From the IMG/VR virus record IMGVR_UViG_3300045988_174402: a DNA stretch of 64,000 nucleotides; one strand, given 5' to 3'. Positions 49,328-59,971 of this stretch are shown here, in pieces (the stretch's first letter is position 1; every line of letters begins with the position of its first letter). Made by a program: the position numbers and the translations under genes. Source of the DNA: a virus. The notes under the pieces are model-generated. The model worked only from the letters and a program-made list of their open reading frames with translations. It searched no databases and had not been told where the DNA came from.

Positions 49328-51620
49328 TCTTTTGCGGTATTACTCCATATTCTTTATAGCCTTTTTCATTAGTGAACCATCCAATATTTTCTCATTCTTT
49401 CGCTAATTTATCTTGAGCAGCAGGTCGTATATTCATTAATTCTTCATCTGCAATTTCTGCCATTTCCATAGCTGCGATAATATCGAACTTTCGTTTATTT
49501 TCTCAAGAATATTTTAACAATTGCTCAAGCATTTCATCAATATCAATTGAATAACAGTAATCATTAACAAAATTATTAATTAATTCAAGACCGTGCTTGA
49601 TAATAGCTTCTGTAGCTGGTACACCAATCATTTGTGAGTTGCCTCTTTTCATATCTCCAAGAGTTGAAGCAGGACGTTTCATAAATAGACTATCTTTCTT
49701 TTTTTCTTTAAAATATGTAACAATACTAATCTTAGTATGTTCTAGTAGTGCTTTACAATTATATCATACTAATAATTTCATTGCTACATCATATGCTTCT
49801 CGAATATCTCGAGGACGATCTTTATAGATCGCAACATATTTCGCTTCTTGTAATCCATATATACGTTTCTTAATAACTATACAGAAATCAGATACATCTG
49901 TTGAGGTAGAAGAATCTCCAGAACCTTGGTCAATAGAGTCTATTCCTGCAACATATAGATTTTTTAATACAAGACCGTCTTCATCTCGAAGTGGTCTTTC
50001 GTATATAGTAATTTTACTATTTGGATTACTTACAACTTTTACTTTTGTTAAATCAGGAGTATCTCCAGAACGATCTCATAATAATGATACGTATTCTGGT
50101 TTTAATCCTGCTTTAAATATCCTAATTTGGGTTAATCTATCTGCAATTGCAATTGAATCAAAGATATTTTCACCCTGTTTATACAACGCTTCATTTGGAA
50201 TAAAACAGTGCTCTGCACAATAATCAAGTAGATCTTTACCACTTAGCTTTTTACGTTCTTCCTCATAAAACTTTTTAAATTCTTCAGATTGTGTAACTCC
50301 TCTTGTATCTAAAAATTCTTCTCGTAAACTAAACTTATGAGCTGGAATAAAGAAAGCTGTTAATTGTGGCTTTCTATCTTCTGTATCATAATTTTTATAT
50401 GGAAGTACATTATACCCTTCTGGTTTTGCAAAAATGTTTGATAAACCTTCAAGTGCCATATCATCACCACCTGTACCTAAAGCAATACGTGTTCCAAAAT
50501 GATAACCACCAAGCTCAACAAGGGCATTACCTTGAATCCAACTTTTAGTTAAATATTTATTAGATCCTGCTTCTTCATAGATTAATCTATCGACACGATC
50601 ACCACGAATCTTATCAGATGTATCAGCAATTACTGAATCAATTTCTGACATTCAACCATATTCAACTCCATCAGGAGTAACTTGAGATGCACGTTTAGTA
50701 TCTGCATTATTAACTTTTTGCCGTAAATGGCGCATACCTCCATTAGTATTCATGTCTAATCAGTTTAACTGCTTTCAACATTTAGTTTTTAAAGGAGTAA
50801 GTTTACCTTCTGCAGCACAAGTTAATAAAGAACGATAACCTCTATTAGTTATATAAGGTCTTACTGCTAAACAAGCAACAATCTCAGATAGTCCAATACC
50901 ACGAGCTTTTAATATAGCTACATCTTTATGTAGTCTTTCAGCCATTTCAACATAATGAAAGAATTCATATTGTTTAGCTAGAAATGTAGGAAACTTTTCA
51001 TTACGACCAGCTCCACCTCTAGCTCCTTCAGAAATAACTTCCATTCTATAGAAATTTAAAAAGAAATAATGATCTCCTGTAATTCTATATTTACCAACTG
51101 TATAACCTTCAGTACAACGTTTATATTGTTCTCTTCAGAAATCATTATAAGGCTTTGAATCTGCAGGATATTCAGTATATGATCCAGTTCTATCATAAAT
51201 TTGAGCTAGTTCATTAAAAGGAGTAGGATCAAAATCTAAACCTTGAGTTTCATTAATTGGGCGGTATCCAGTTAATTCATATGATAATTCTGGATCAAAG
51301 TAAAGTACGTCTTCGGTGACCGCCACATCTCACAAACCATCTCTCTTTTTATAAAAATCAGTTGCAGTATACTCAAATTGTTCTGTAGTATCTTCTTTCT
51401 GATCTCCAAGCATTTCTTGTAATTGCTTTTTTAATTCTTCTTCAAATTTATCTGAAAAAGATTGAGGAGTTGGTTCAGGACCTTTTATTGATTCTCTAAG
51501 CTCTTTATATTTCTCTTTAGTTGTTTTCTTTCTTTTGACTTCTGATTCTTCTTTATTTTTTATCTGTTCAAGCATTTTTTTACGTGCTTGAGACATTGAA
51601 GATTTAATTGTCTTTACCAT
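49311..51620 (-). CDS. terL: terminase large subunit with N-terminal Lys/Glu-rich extension (769 aa)
   Basis: Track ORFs 51330..51620, 51135..51326, 50775..51044 and 50076..50651 share one frame and are joined by TGA. The stop is TAA at 49311-49313. T4-type terminase-like segments are present (ILKARGIGLSE, DRLIYEEAGS, TAFFIPAHK, AGIDSIDQGSGDS). Confidence 0.7.
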
Positions 51621-51622
51621 AC

Positions 51623-52204
51623 TTAACTATCCATAAATCCAGGTTTTACATCACCTCTATTTTTAGCATTGGATTGCATTTGATCTTTTTTATAATTAAG
51701 CTCAAGTTCTTTTAATTTATCTGCCATAACTCCAATACTAGCAATATCAGCTAATACATCTTTTGCCTTAAAGATAGGTTTACTATTATTATCTCTCTCT
51801 TCAAGGTCTATATTATCTAAAGATACTCTCATTTTTTCAAGAGTTCGATACGCTGTTTTTATAAGGCTAAGTATTCTAGAAGAATCTTTGATTTCCATGT
51901 ATTTTCTAACTGCTGCATGGAAGACTGGATCGTCTCATTCTTCTTGAGTTAATCCAGAATCTTCCATAGCTGCATCATGCTTTTGTCTCTCTAAGTATTG
52001 TTGATATGGACTTTTCCAGTCACAAAACAACCATATATATTTAAATTCTCTTCAAGCTCTTAACCTCTTTGTTCCTTTTGGATCTTCTTTACATTTATTT
52101 CTTTCTGTATCTCACAGCGCTGCAAACTCCTTTATTAATAGTATTTCGTATTCGTTAATCTTTAGATTACATGTTACATTATCATAAAGGAATAAATCTA
52201 GCAT
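51623..52204 (-). CDS. hypothetical protein (193 aa), possible small terminase by position
   Basis: ATG at 52202-52204. The frame joins track ORF 51623..51898 through several TGA codons. Confidence 0.5.
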
Positions 52205-52207
52205 TAC

Positions 52208-53728
52208 TTATTTTAGATTAAAACGTTTATTAAATGCTTTGTCTCGTTTATCATATTCTTGTCTTTCAACTTTTTTATCTCTAAATTTTCACCACTTAGG
52301 ATTATTAGAACGTGACATGCTACTTAAATCGTTTGTATATGTTGTATCTCTTTTATCTGCACTTATATCTCTATATGAACGCTTTCCTTTTGGATTTGTT
52401 ACAATTTCTCTTATAGATCCATCTGAATTAATTATTCTTTCAGATTTATATCCATTAGATTTAGCTTGTTCAGTATCAGCTGTACCATTTGCCCAGTAAG
52501 GAATACCTGTCGGATGTAAGAATTTTAATAGATTCTGTTGTCTAGGTGTATATTGTTCTGGAGCAAACTCATCTAATTTTCTTTCTGCATTAGAAATAAT
52601 AGGATTTGCAATTCTATTAACCATAACAGGATTATAACCTATTTTAATTAAAGAATCTCTAACTAATCCTGTAGTATTAAATACATCATGTACATTGTGA
52701 TCTCCTGTCCTATTGTTTAGCGCCTTAGTAACAGCTACACTATCATTTGGATTAACCTTTACTTTAGTTGTAGTTTTACCCCCTTCTTGGAAAAATGAAC
52801 CAAGGTTTCTTGGATTGATGCGGTGTTCAACAGGAATAGATCCTAAAGTAGCATTATTTCCATAATTGACCGACATACTTCTAGGTCCTACATATCTACT
52901 ATCAAACCTATTAGGATTACCTAAATTAGATGCCACTATGTAATCACTATATGAAGGATTAGTTATAACTAATTCTTCATTCATGTTTGTAGGTCTAATT
53001 CCTTTAGCTGCAGACATTCCAGCTTCTTCTGCTCCAGAAATATTTCTTGATCCAAGATTAGATTGTGGAAGTTTTGGTTTCTTAGGAGCAGGTCTTGTTG
53101 GAGCTAATTGAGTTCCATATAATTTTCCATTTCAAGTAAAGCTAGTAAGTCCTGCACTTCTAGCTGCTGCAAAAGCTTGATTGAAATTACCTTGAGATAA
53201 ATCAGGAGTAACATTAGTTTGTACATTTACTTTAGGAGTAATTCCAGTTTTCATAGATACTCCAAAAGATAAAGGTTGAGAAACAATTGAACCTTCAGTT
53301 TTTGTTACTTTAGGTTTAGAATTATCTCCTACAATATTTTTCATTGCAGCTGCTTTAACTTCTCTTCTACTTAATCCAAGATCTTGATCCTTAATAGCAG
53401 ATTTCATATTTCTATATACAGTACGATTGAATTTAGAAGATTTCTTACCTTCTTTTACAACCTTCTTATTTTCTTTACGTTCATTCTTTGCAGATCCTCC
53501 ATCCTTAAATTTATTAACAAGATAAGCAAGTTTACCTCCTTGTTTAAACATTCCTGCAGATTGTTCTTGTTTAAATTGATTAATCAATCCAGAAATAGTA
53601 TTCATACCATCTTCTGTTTGTGCTAACTCATTTAATTTTCCTACAATTTCTTCAGGTGTTTTATTTTGGAATTCTTCTACTTTAGATGGAAGTCATTGAA
53701 CAAATTGCATTAATTCTTCTTGTTCCAT
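52208..53728 (-). CDS. hypothetical protein (506 aa) with FKQGGK/FKDGGS/FQEGGK motifs
   Basis: ATG at 53726-53728. Track ORFs 53132..53605 and 52289..53017 share a frame and are joined by TGA. The stop is TAA at 52208-52210. Confidence 0.6.
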
Positions 53729-53740
53729 GATGATATTGTT

Positions 53741-53935
53741 TTAATTATTAATATCTGTTGTAGAGCAAGTAATTTCAAATTTATTATATTTAGGATCTAA
53801 AGGTTGTGAAGGATAAAACCAAACAGGAGTAGTATTTGGAGTAGTTGTAATTGTATAATGCTGTCCTTCCAAAAACTCTTTAATTTCAGCTACAGTACCT
53901 TCTATTGTTATACCATTATTTAAATAAGCTTTCAT
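53741..53935 (-). CDS. small hypothetical protein (64 aa)
   Basis: Intact ORF ending in TAA. Confidence 0.6.
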   Translation of the reverse strand: MKAYLNNGITIEGTVAEIKEFLEGQHYTITTTPNTTPVWFYPSQPLDPKYNKFEITCSTTDINN

Positions 53936-53937
53936 AA

Positions 53938-54195
53938 TTACTTGTTCTTATAAAATTTTAAATCTTTTGTTGAGAATACTGCTTCACGTAAAACCATATT
54001 CTTATCAAATCATCTACATTTAATACCTTTAAAGATATTAGTTATTTCATTACCATGTTTGTATGATTGTGTAATTTTTTCTACTACATACATAACAGGA
54101 GATGTAAGTTCACCATGTTTTAAAGTGACTACATCTCCTGGGTTAAAAAACGTTTTTTCAATTTCGTTTATCATATTATTCTTTGTCCTTTTCAA
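53938..54195 (-). CDS. small DUF2158 (YodC)-like protein (85 aa)
   Basis: The pattern FNPGDVVTLKHGELTSPVMYVV...GIKCRW-F resembles YodC/DUF2158. TGA at 54010 is read through to TAA at 53938-53940. Confidence 0.45.
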
Positions 54196-54712
54196 TTACT
54201 CGACATATAATGTTTTGTTCACTGATAGCGTAATAACCCATATTATTGAATGGAACAGGTACTACAGAATTTCTGTAATATATATCCTCTCCAGGTTTTA
54301 CGTATTTACATTCGGGTCCTGCAGAAATAACAGTACCACATGCAATAAATTGTTCAGCTCTCTCCATCTCACCAGTATCATCAGACTTATATGTATCTGC
54401 AAAAAGATCTCCTGGAAGAATTAAACCTGAAGCACTTGTCTTAATTTCTCTATAAGGATTTTTTTCAAATGGTTTTATAATAACAGTATATCCTGTTGCA
54501 GCTACCCTCATTTTAGATGCATCTTTTGTGCCTTTGTTTAATTCAAGTAATCTATTTGCTGTTAAAAGCTGTTCTTCTTCCATTTTTTTATTGAGAGCAG
54601 CAATTTCTTCAGGAGTTAATTCCTTTGTTTCATGTTTAACGTTTGCTCCCATAAGATGAACTCCCATTTCTTGCATGTGTGCATTTCCTAAAAGATTTTT
54701 TCCCATAATCAT
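54176..54712 (-). CDS. GroES/gp31-like co-chaperonin
   Basis: The C-terminal ~95 aa follow the Cpn10 pattern (GYTVIIKPFE...KTSASGLILPG...ACGTVISAGP...VKPGEDIYY). The ORF is TGA-free. Confidence 0.5.
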   Translation of the reverse strand: MIMGKNLLGNAHMQEMGVHLMGANVKHETKELTPEEIAALNKKMEEEQLLTANRLLELNKGTKDASKMRVAATGYTVIIKPFEKNPYREIKTSASGLILPGDLFADTYKSDDTGEMERAEQFIACGTVISAGPECKYVKPGEDIYYRNSVVPVPFNNMGYYAISEQNIICRVIEKDKE

Positions 54713-54734
54713 TTACATTTTTAAATTTAACTTA

Positions 54735-55007
54735 TTACCATTTATTTATTAAGCATCTTGCGTATGCAAGTCTTGTTTTTGCAGATAATCTACATCCGCA
54801 TCCTTTTCTATATCCAATTTTTGGTCTATCTGAATAGTCTGTTTTATTATTTTCATTAATATATAATCTAGGATTACATATCGGACCCATTGGTGTTTCT
54901 TTGTATAATGGACATTCTTTACAAATTGCTAATCTTTTTTCAGATAAGTCTTCATTTTTATTAATTGCTTCATTAACATGTCCACTAATAATATCTATTA
55001 GTCCCAT
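54735..55007 (-). CDS. small Cys-rich (zinc-binding type) protein
   Basis: Intact ORF with CKECP...C...CGCR...C spacing. Confidence 0.55.
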   Translation of the reverse strand: MGLIDIISGHVNEAINKNEDLSEKRLAICKECPLYKETPMGPICNPRLYINENNKTDYSDRPKIGYRKGCGCRLSAKTRLAYARCLINKW

Positions 55008-55009
55008 AA

Positions 55010-56938
55010 TTAAAATACTATAGGTTTATCTAAATCTAATTCAGATTTAATCTTAACGTCTCTTTTATAATGTTTAAGCATTCTTTCAACATCTGATTTT
55101 AAATAATCACATTCATGTTCTGAAATATGATTGTTGTGATCAATATGAATTAATACTAATTTTTTAATATTAAAGTTTGGATTAATTTTTTGTAGTAAGT
55201 AAGCATATAATGATAACTGCAACGAATAATGATAAAAATTACAATCCATAATATTATCCATTGGGAATTTCATCATAGTTCTACTTTTAGTAAATTTATT
55301 ATAAAATGATTCTTTTTCTAATTTCTTATTAGTATTATGTGTAACTATCATTGAATCACCGAATAAAAACGTGTGTGATGGACTGTCAACTTCTAAGCAT
55401 TGCGTTGCTACTGTATCAACTCTTTCTACAGATATAATATTTCTAAATGTATTCTTATTTTTAGATGGGAAGTCGATATCTTGATTTCTTACTAAAAAGG
55501 GATTTAATCCATCAGTTGAAAAACATACATCTCATCCTTTAAATATCTTTCCATTACATTTTTTATCTACTTCAAAAACAGTAGCTTTTATGCCTAATGT
55601 ACTTACTAACCTTAATAAATCTTCAGCTTGTCATTTCTGAGTAGTTCCCATTACAAATCTTTTTCTAGATTCATGATAGTAACCATCAGTATCCATTAAC
55701 CCTCTAAGCAAATCAAGTCTTTGTTGATAAGAGGCTCGCATATATAAATCAGGTATAAACTTATTATTTAGTATTCCTAGATCGTTAAGTTTTTTTCTAA
55801 TATTATATATAGTTCGCATTTCCGCAGATTTTCCGTCAGAAAGATCTCCTCCAAAAGTATATCCTCTATTTTCTATTTCTTCCCATACTTTAGAGTTTAT
55901 ATTAGTGATAATTCCACATGACTTAGAGCCATCTCCTAGTCAACATCCCAGTACATAAGGATCTATAGGAAGTTCTATTTCTGGAAGATTTAGAGGATTT
56001 GCGTTCATTATTTTTGGGATATTGTACGAGGTTCTTGGTTTATCAATTAACCACTTTGCAATATCTTCTGTGGTCATAACTACTTCCCTAAATGTTTTAT
56101 CTATATTCCTAAAAGAAATAAGTCATCTATGTTCATGGTCTGCCACAATCGACTCTCCGTTATCAAAAGTTATTTTAAAACATGGATTGTAATGGATATC
56201 TGATTTATGTAACACTTTAGTTATATTTCCTTCTTTATCAAATATCTCTTCTCCCTCCTTTATATCCTTAATAGTTGTCCATCCGTTTTTAGTTGGAATT
56301 TTTGTATCTAGAGGGAGTCCTTTATAATCGTATATATAAATATCATTACCGTCTTTAATGAGTAAGTCTAACTGTCCTGCAATTCTTAGTATTCCATCAT
56401 CTGATTTATAACTAATCATAAATTCAGGATATACTCCTTTTTCTAAATCTAACTGATAGTATCCTTTTTTGCAAGTAAACTTTCCTCCAAGTCCAAACTT
56501 TTTTAGATCTTGTTCTTCAGATTGATAATACATGTTTTCAAATTGAGCATGTATTTTTGTACCTCTTTCACAAGATTTATTTCTTTCTACTTCATACGAT
56601 TGAAGTATTTCTGCCCGTTTATTTTCAAACTCTTCTTCGTTGATATTTAACTTTTCAAGTAAAGTTGGATTTCAACGTTTTGTATTTAGTAATGTAGTTT
56701 TAACAACTTTAAAAATTTCTGGTTCTACTAAAGCTTCGCAAGCTTTATATGCAGATCAGAATGCTGAATCAAACTCATTAACATATTTATGTATCAATGT
56801 TGTTACAGATACATAAGGCTTATTATCATATTTATCTAAGTACAGATGTTTTGCATCTGAATAAATAACATCTTCTGTTTCTTTGTCTACTTGATATCCA
56901 TTAACATATTTTTCCTTTACATTACTTAATTTTGGCAT
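55010..56938 (-). CDS. PD-(D/E)XK (RecB/Cas4-type) nuclease interrupted by an intein (642-aa precursor)
   Basis: Track ORFs 56756..56938, 56123..56533, 55631..55819 and 55010..55351 share one frame and are joined by TGA. Extein motifs are GTKIHAQFE, GQLDLL...IYIYDYK upstream of the insert and YSLQLSLYAYLL (QxxxY) downstream. Confidence 0.7.
55334..56320 (-). mobile_element. intein (about 329 aa) with LAGLIDADG homing endonuclease, class-3-like
   Basis: Block A GLPLDTKIPT, block B GESIVADHEHR-W, LAGLIDADG motifs YVLGCWLGDGS and LLRGLMDTDGYY, blocks F/G TQCLEVDSPSHTFLFGDSMIVTHN, followed by Thr as the +1 residue. Confidence 0.75.
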
Positions 56939-57623
56939 TGTTTATTATATTTGGTTTTATATATTGTTCTATTATTGCTCCGTATCTAATTAAATTCTCT
57001 TTAATAGTACTATCTTCATATCCTACTTCGTTTTCTTTTTCTCAAGTGAATCCTAAAATTCCTGTTGGAGTTCCAGTATCATCTTTTAGTAGAGTACATG
57101 CTAAATATTCTACATTATTTTTTCCAAATCGATCATACATTACATGATCTATTTGTTCTAAAGTAGTTAAGTTACCGATAAACTGATTATGTGTTTTTAA
57201 ATAATCAGGAAGATTTAATCAACTAAGATGAAAATTATCATATTGTTCTTTGATTGAGTGTGCGTTTTCTCCACATAACTCAAATCGCATAGAACCATAT
57301 AATCAATCAGAAATACCATTGTGATATTGTATTACTCATACTCTATCTGCACCTGACATATATAATAGTCTTGGAAGTAGATCTTTAACTTTCTTATCAT
57401 CATCAATCCTATTTAACAATTCTTGTGAATGTTTCTGATTCATATATTCTGAATACTTATCAAATAAAAATGTTGGATCATAACATATTCTCAAAGTAAT
57501 ACTTAACATAAACATGATGATTAAGGCTTTAAAGATACTACATACTCCATAATCTCTAATATACTGTAGGATAGTCCCCAGTCATGAGAGTCCTGAGCTT
57601 AAATCGGGTTGTTTCTTAGCCAT
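56922..57623 (-). CDS. hypothetical protein with N-terminal TM segment (233 aa)
   Basis: ATG at 57621-57623 and TAA at 56922-56924, hand-translated. It has several TGA Trp codons, so it is absent from the track. Confidence 0.55.
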
Positions 57624-57666
57624 ATCTATTTCTTTAAATTATTTGTATAATTTTATTTGGATGATG

Positions 57667-57674
57667 CAAATATA
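57667..57674 (-). promoter_or_regulatory. -7 box TATATTTG (leftward)
   Basis: Lies 44 nt upstream of the ATG at 57623. Confidence 0.45.
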
Positions 57675-57737
57675 TAATAATTTTTTTGTATATCCAAATA
57701 AATCAGTAAAATGTTTGTATTTAAATAAATAAATAAC

Positions 57738-57745
57738 TATATTTG
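57738..57745 (+). promoter_or_regulatory. -7 box TATATTTG (rightward)
   Basis: Lies 40 nt upstream of the ATG at 57785, and forms a divergent pair with 57667-57674. Confidence 0.45.
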
Positions 57746-57784
57746 CACAAATAATGTGCATATTCAATTATTAATATTATAATT

Positions 57785-58063
57785 ATGAAATATAACGATG
57801 AAATTTTAAACAAAATTGCGCAGGCATATAGTAAACCTGCAGATGAAAAAGGTAATCTAGATAATATTATGTTAGGTTATCTTGAAATGATGAAGAATGG
57901 TAGTAAAATCCATATTAAACCAGAAAATAGAGGTAAATTTAATGCTACTAAAAAGAAAACTGGCAAAACTACTGAGGAATTAACTCATAGTAAAAATCCA
58001 GTAACCAGAAAACGTGCTATTTTTGCTCAGAATGCTGCTAAGTGAAATAAGGGTAAAAAATAA
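57785..58063 (+). CDS. small basic protein (92 aa)
   Basis: The track ORF ends at TGA 58043-58045, and the true stop is TAA at 58061-58063 (NAAK-W-NKGKK). Confidence 0.6.
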
Positions 58064-58067
58064 AGGT

Positions 58068-58974
58068 ATGATAAAACAATTTATCTTTCAAAACAGGGGG
58101 GGGGGTAAAAAAAATAAATAAGTCTTATTTTTATTTTTATGGCCCAGATTATACAGTTCCAAAAATTACAGATTCAAATATTGAACCCTTACGCACGGCT
58201 AATTACTTATTTGGGGTTTCATTTGATTATCCTTTAGATTATGATGATCAAGAACAATATTTTAAAATAACTGTAAATTTAACATTTACTTATTTGGGAG
58301 TTGATACTCCACTACCTGTAAACTATACTGTATCTGTGGGAACAATAGAAGATACAGGTATTGGTTTCGATCATAAGAATTTTGCTATACCTGTAAACTT
58401 ATTGTTTCCAATATCTTCATTAGAACGTATGACGTTTAATTCTGCAACTATTGAAATATGTAACCCTAATCCAAAATACGATTATATAGCTCCCACAGGG
58501 TTTTCTACATCAGGAGAATATATTGCAGTAAACACTAATCTTTATATGGATAATAGTCAGTTTGGAAGTTATCAAGGAATGTTTAAAGCAGATTTATATA
58601 ATTCAAGTGCAGGAATATTAGTAGTAAACAATCCTATGACTTTAGAATTTAGTGCAAATAGCAATCCATATATAAGTAAACTACAAACTAATTGAGCTAA
58701 ACGTGCAGATTTAGTTTCTAGTATGACAAGACCTCAACTTGATTTAAGATGTGTAGATAAAGATGGAATGGCTTCTAATATGTATATGGGAGTAAGTTAT
58801 GCAGTACTTTCTTATTATTTTGCAGGGGAAATAGATACTATACTTAGTGCAGTTGAACAGATAAGAATACCTATTATAACTGGACAAACTGCAGTAAATG
58901 GAGATTCAAATTATATAGACGAAAGTCTGGTAGGAGATTATCTCATATATAATATTAACACATACCTTCAATAA
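58068..58974 (+). CDS. FISQN-tag family member A, out of frame at a G10 tract
   Basis: The ATG at 58068 gives MIKQFIFQNRGGGKKNK and then a stop at 58119-58121. The long ORF (frame +1, open 58072-58974, includes track ORFs 58294..58695 and 58723..58974 joined by TGA) has no ATG of its own. A G9 tract would fuse the two. Confidence 0.5.
58096..58105 (+). repeat. poly-G tract (G10) followed by A8
   Basis: Read directly: aacaggggggggggtaaaaaaaat. Confidence 0.9.
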
Positions 58975-59535
58975 TGATAAATAATTTAGAGATATTAAAA
59001 CCTATTCTTCACTTTGAAAAAGATTATTATGTAAGAGTAATAATTCTTTCAAGATTGAAAGATGGTCATTCTACTCAAAAAAGAATCTGTAAAGATTTAT
59101 TTTTTGGTTCATTTGAATCATTAAAAGAAACTATGCCAGATATAATCAAAGTTGCAGAAGAATACTACGCTAGAGTATATATTGATACTGTTTCAAAAAG
59201 ATTGTCCTCTGGATTTTTATCTCAGATAGAGTGAGAGCGGTTTAAAGTTTTTTGGAATTAAACCTCAGCTAAAAGATATTATTATAAATGAAGATTTTTA
59301 TGGTTTATATGATGCTGATGAATATTCTGAGAATGCAAACAAAATAGTGGCCTCTATATCTAAAGAACTTAACTTTACTCCTTTAATTATAAAATCTTCA
59401 AATAAAGGAGAGCATTGATTATATAAAATTTCAGAGCTTTATACAATGTTAGATAAAATTGAAGATAATTATATTAGAAATAAGATTTTTATAGGACATG
59501 CATGAGCATGCTTATATAATCCATGTACTAATTAA
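58974..59535 (+). CDS. hypothetical protein, apparently split by a +1 frame change near a T6 run
   Basis: The frame from the ATG at 58974 ends at TAA 59256-59258. The +1 frame is open from 59230 to TAA at 59533-59535 without any ATG near its start. The run gttttttgg sits at about 59245-59253. Confidence 0.4.
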
Positions 59536-59536
59536 T

Positions 59537-59968
59537 ATGCAAGCAAATAAATATTTTCAAGTAAAAGAATTAGTATCATCTAAAATATATAATCAATATG
59601 GTGATGATGCTATAAAATTTCTAGATCCAAAAGCTCTTGAAGCTTTAGAGAATGTTAGAGAAATTCTAAATGTTCCTCTTATATGCAATAATTGATATGC
59701 AGGAGGATCTAGAAATTATAGTGGTTATAGAGAACCTGGATGTGGAGTTGGTACTCCTACAGGCTATCATTATAAAGGTCAAGCGTTTGATTTAATATCA
59801 ACTAAATTAACTGCTAAAGAGATGAGAGAAATTCTCGAAAATAATCAAGATAAACTTAGATATCCTATACGAGTAGAAAAATGAGACAATAAAGGTGAAA
59901 TCTCTTGATTACACATTGATATTTCTCCAAATACACATGGGAAAAAACTATACTTTTTTAAAGCATAA
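59537..59968 (+). CDS. endolysin, peptidase M15 (zinc D-Ala-D-Ala carboxypeptidase fold) type
   Basis: The HYKGQAFD (H-x-x-G-x-A-x-D) and W-L-H-I-D motifs are present, with three in-frame TGA Trp codons. ATG at 59537 and TAA at 59966-59968. Confidence 0.65.
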
Positions 59969-59971
59969 CAT

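Noticed and set aside
2407-57147. Plus-strand track ORFs lying inside the minus-strand block (for example 2407..2670, 3333..3596, 4122..4304, 7071..7385, 10655..10918, 13311..13655, 31155..31382, 33188..33406, 38107..38352, 44083..44355, 44743..45006, 49597..49827, 54059..54424, 56932..57147).
   Set aside because: All are antisense to long, well-supported minus-strand genes. They have low-complexity or hydrophobic translations typical of antisense frames, and no promoter or terminator context.
59498-59536. The upstream ATG at 59498 as the endolysin start.
   Set aside because: It overlaps the end of the preceding ORF. The ATG at 59537 follows that ORF's TAA directly and begins the conserved domain, though the longer form cannot be excluded.
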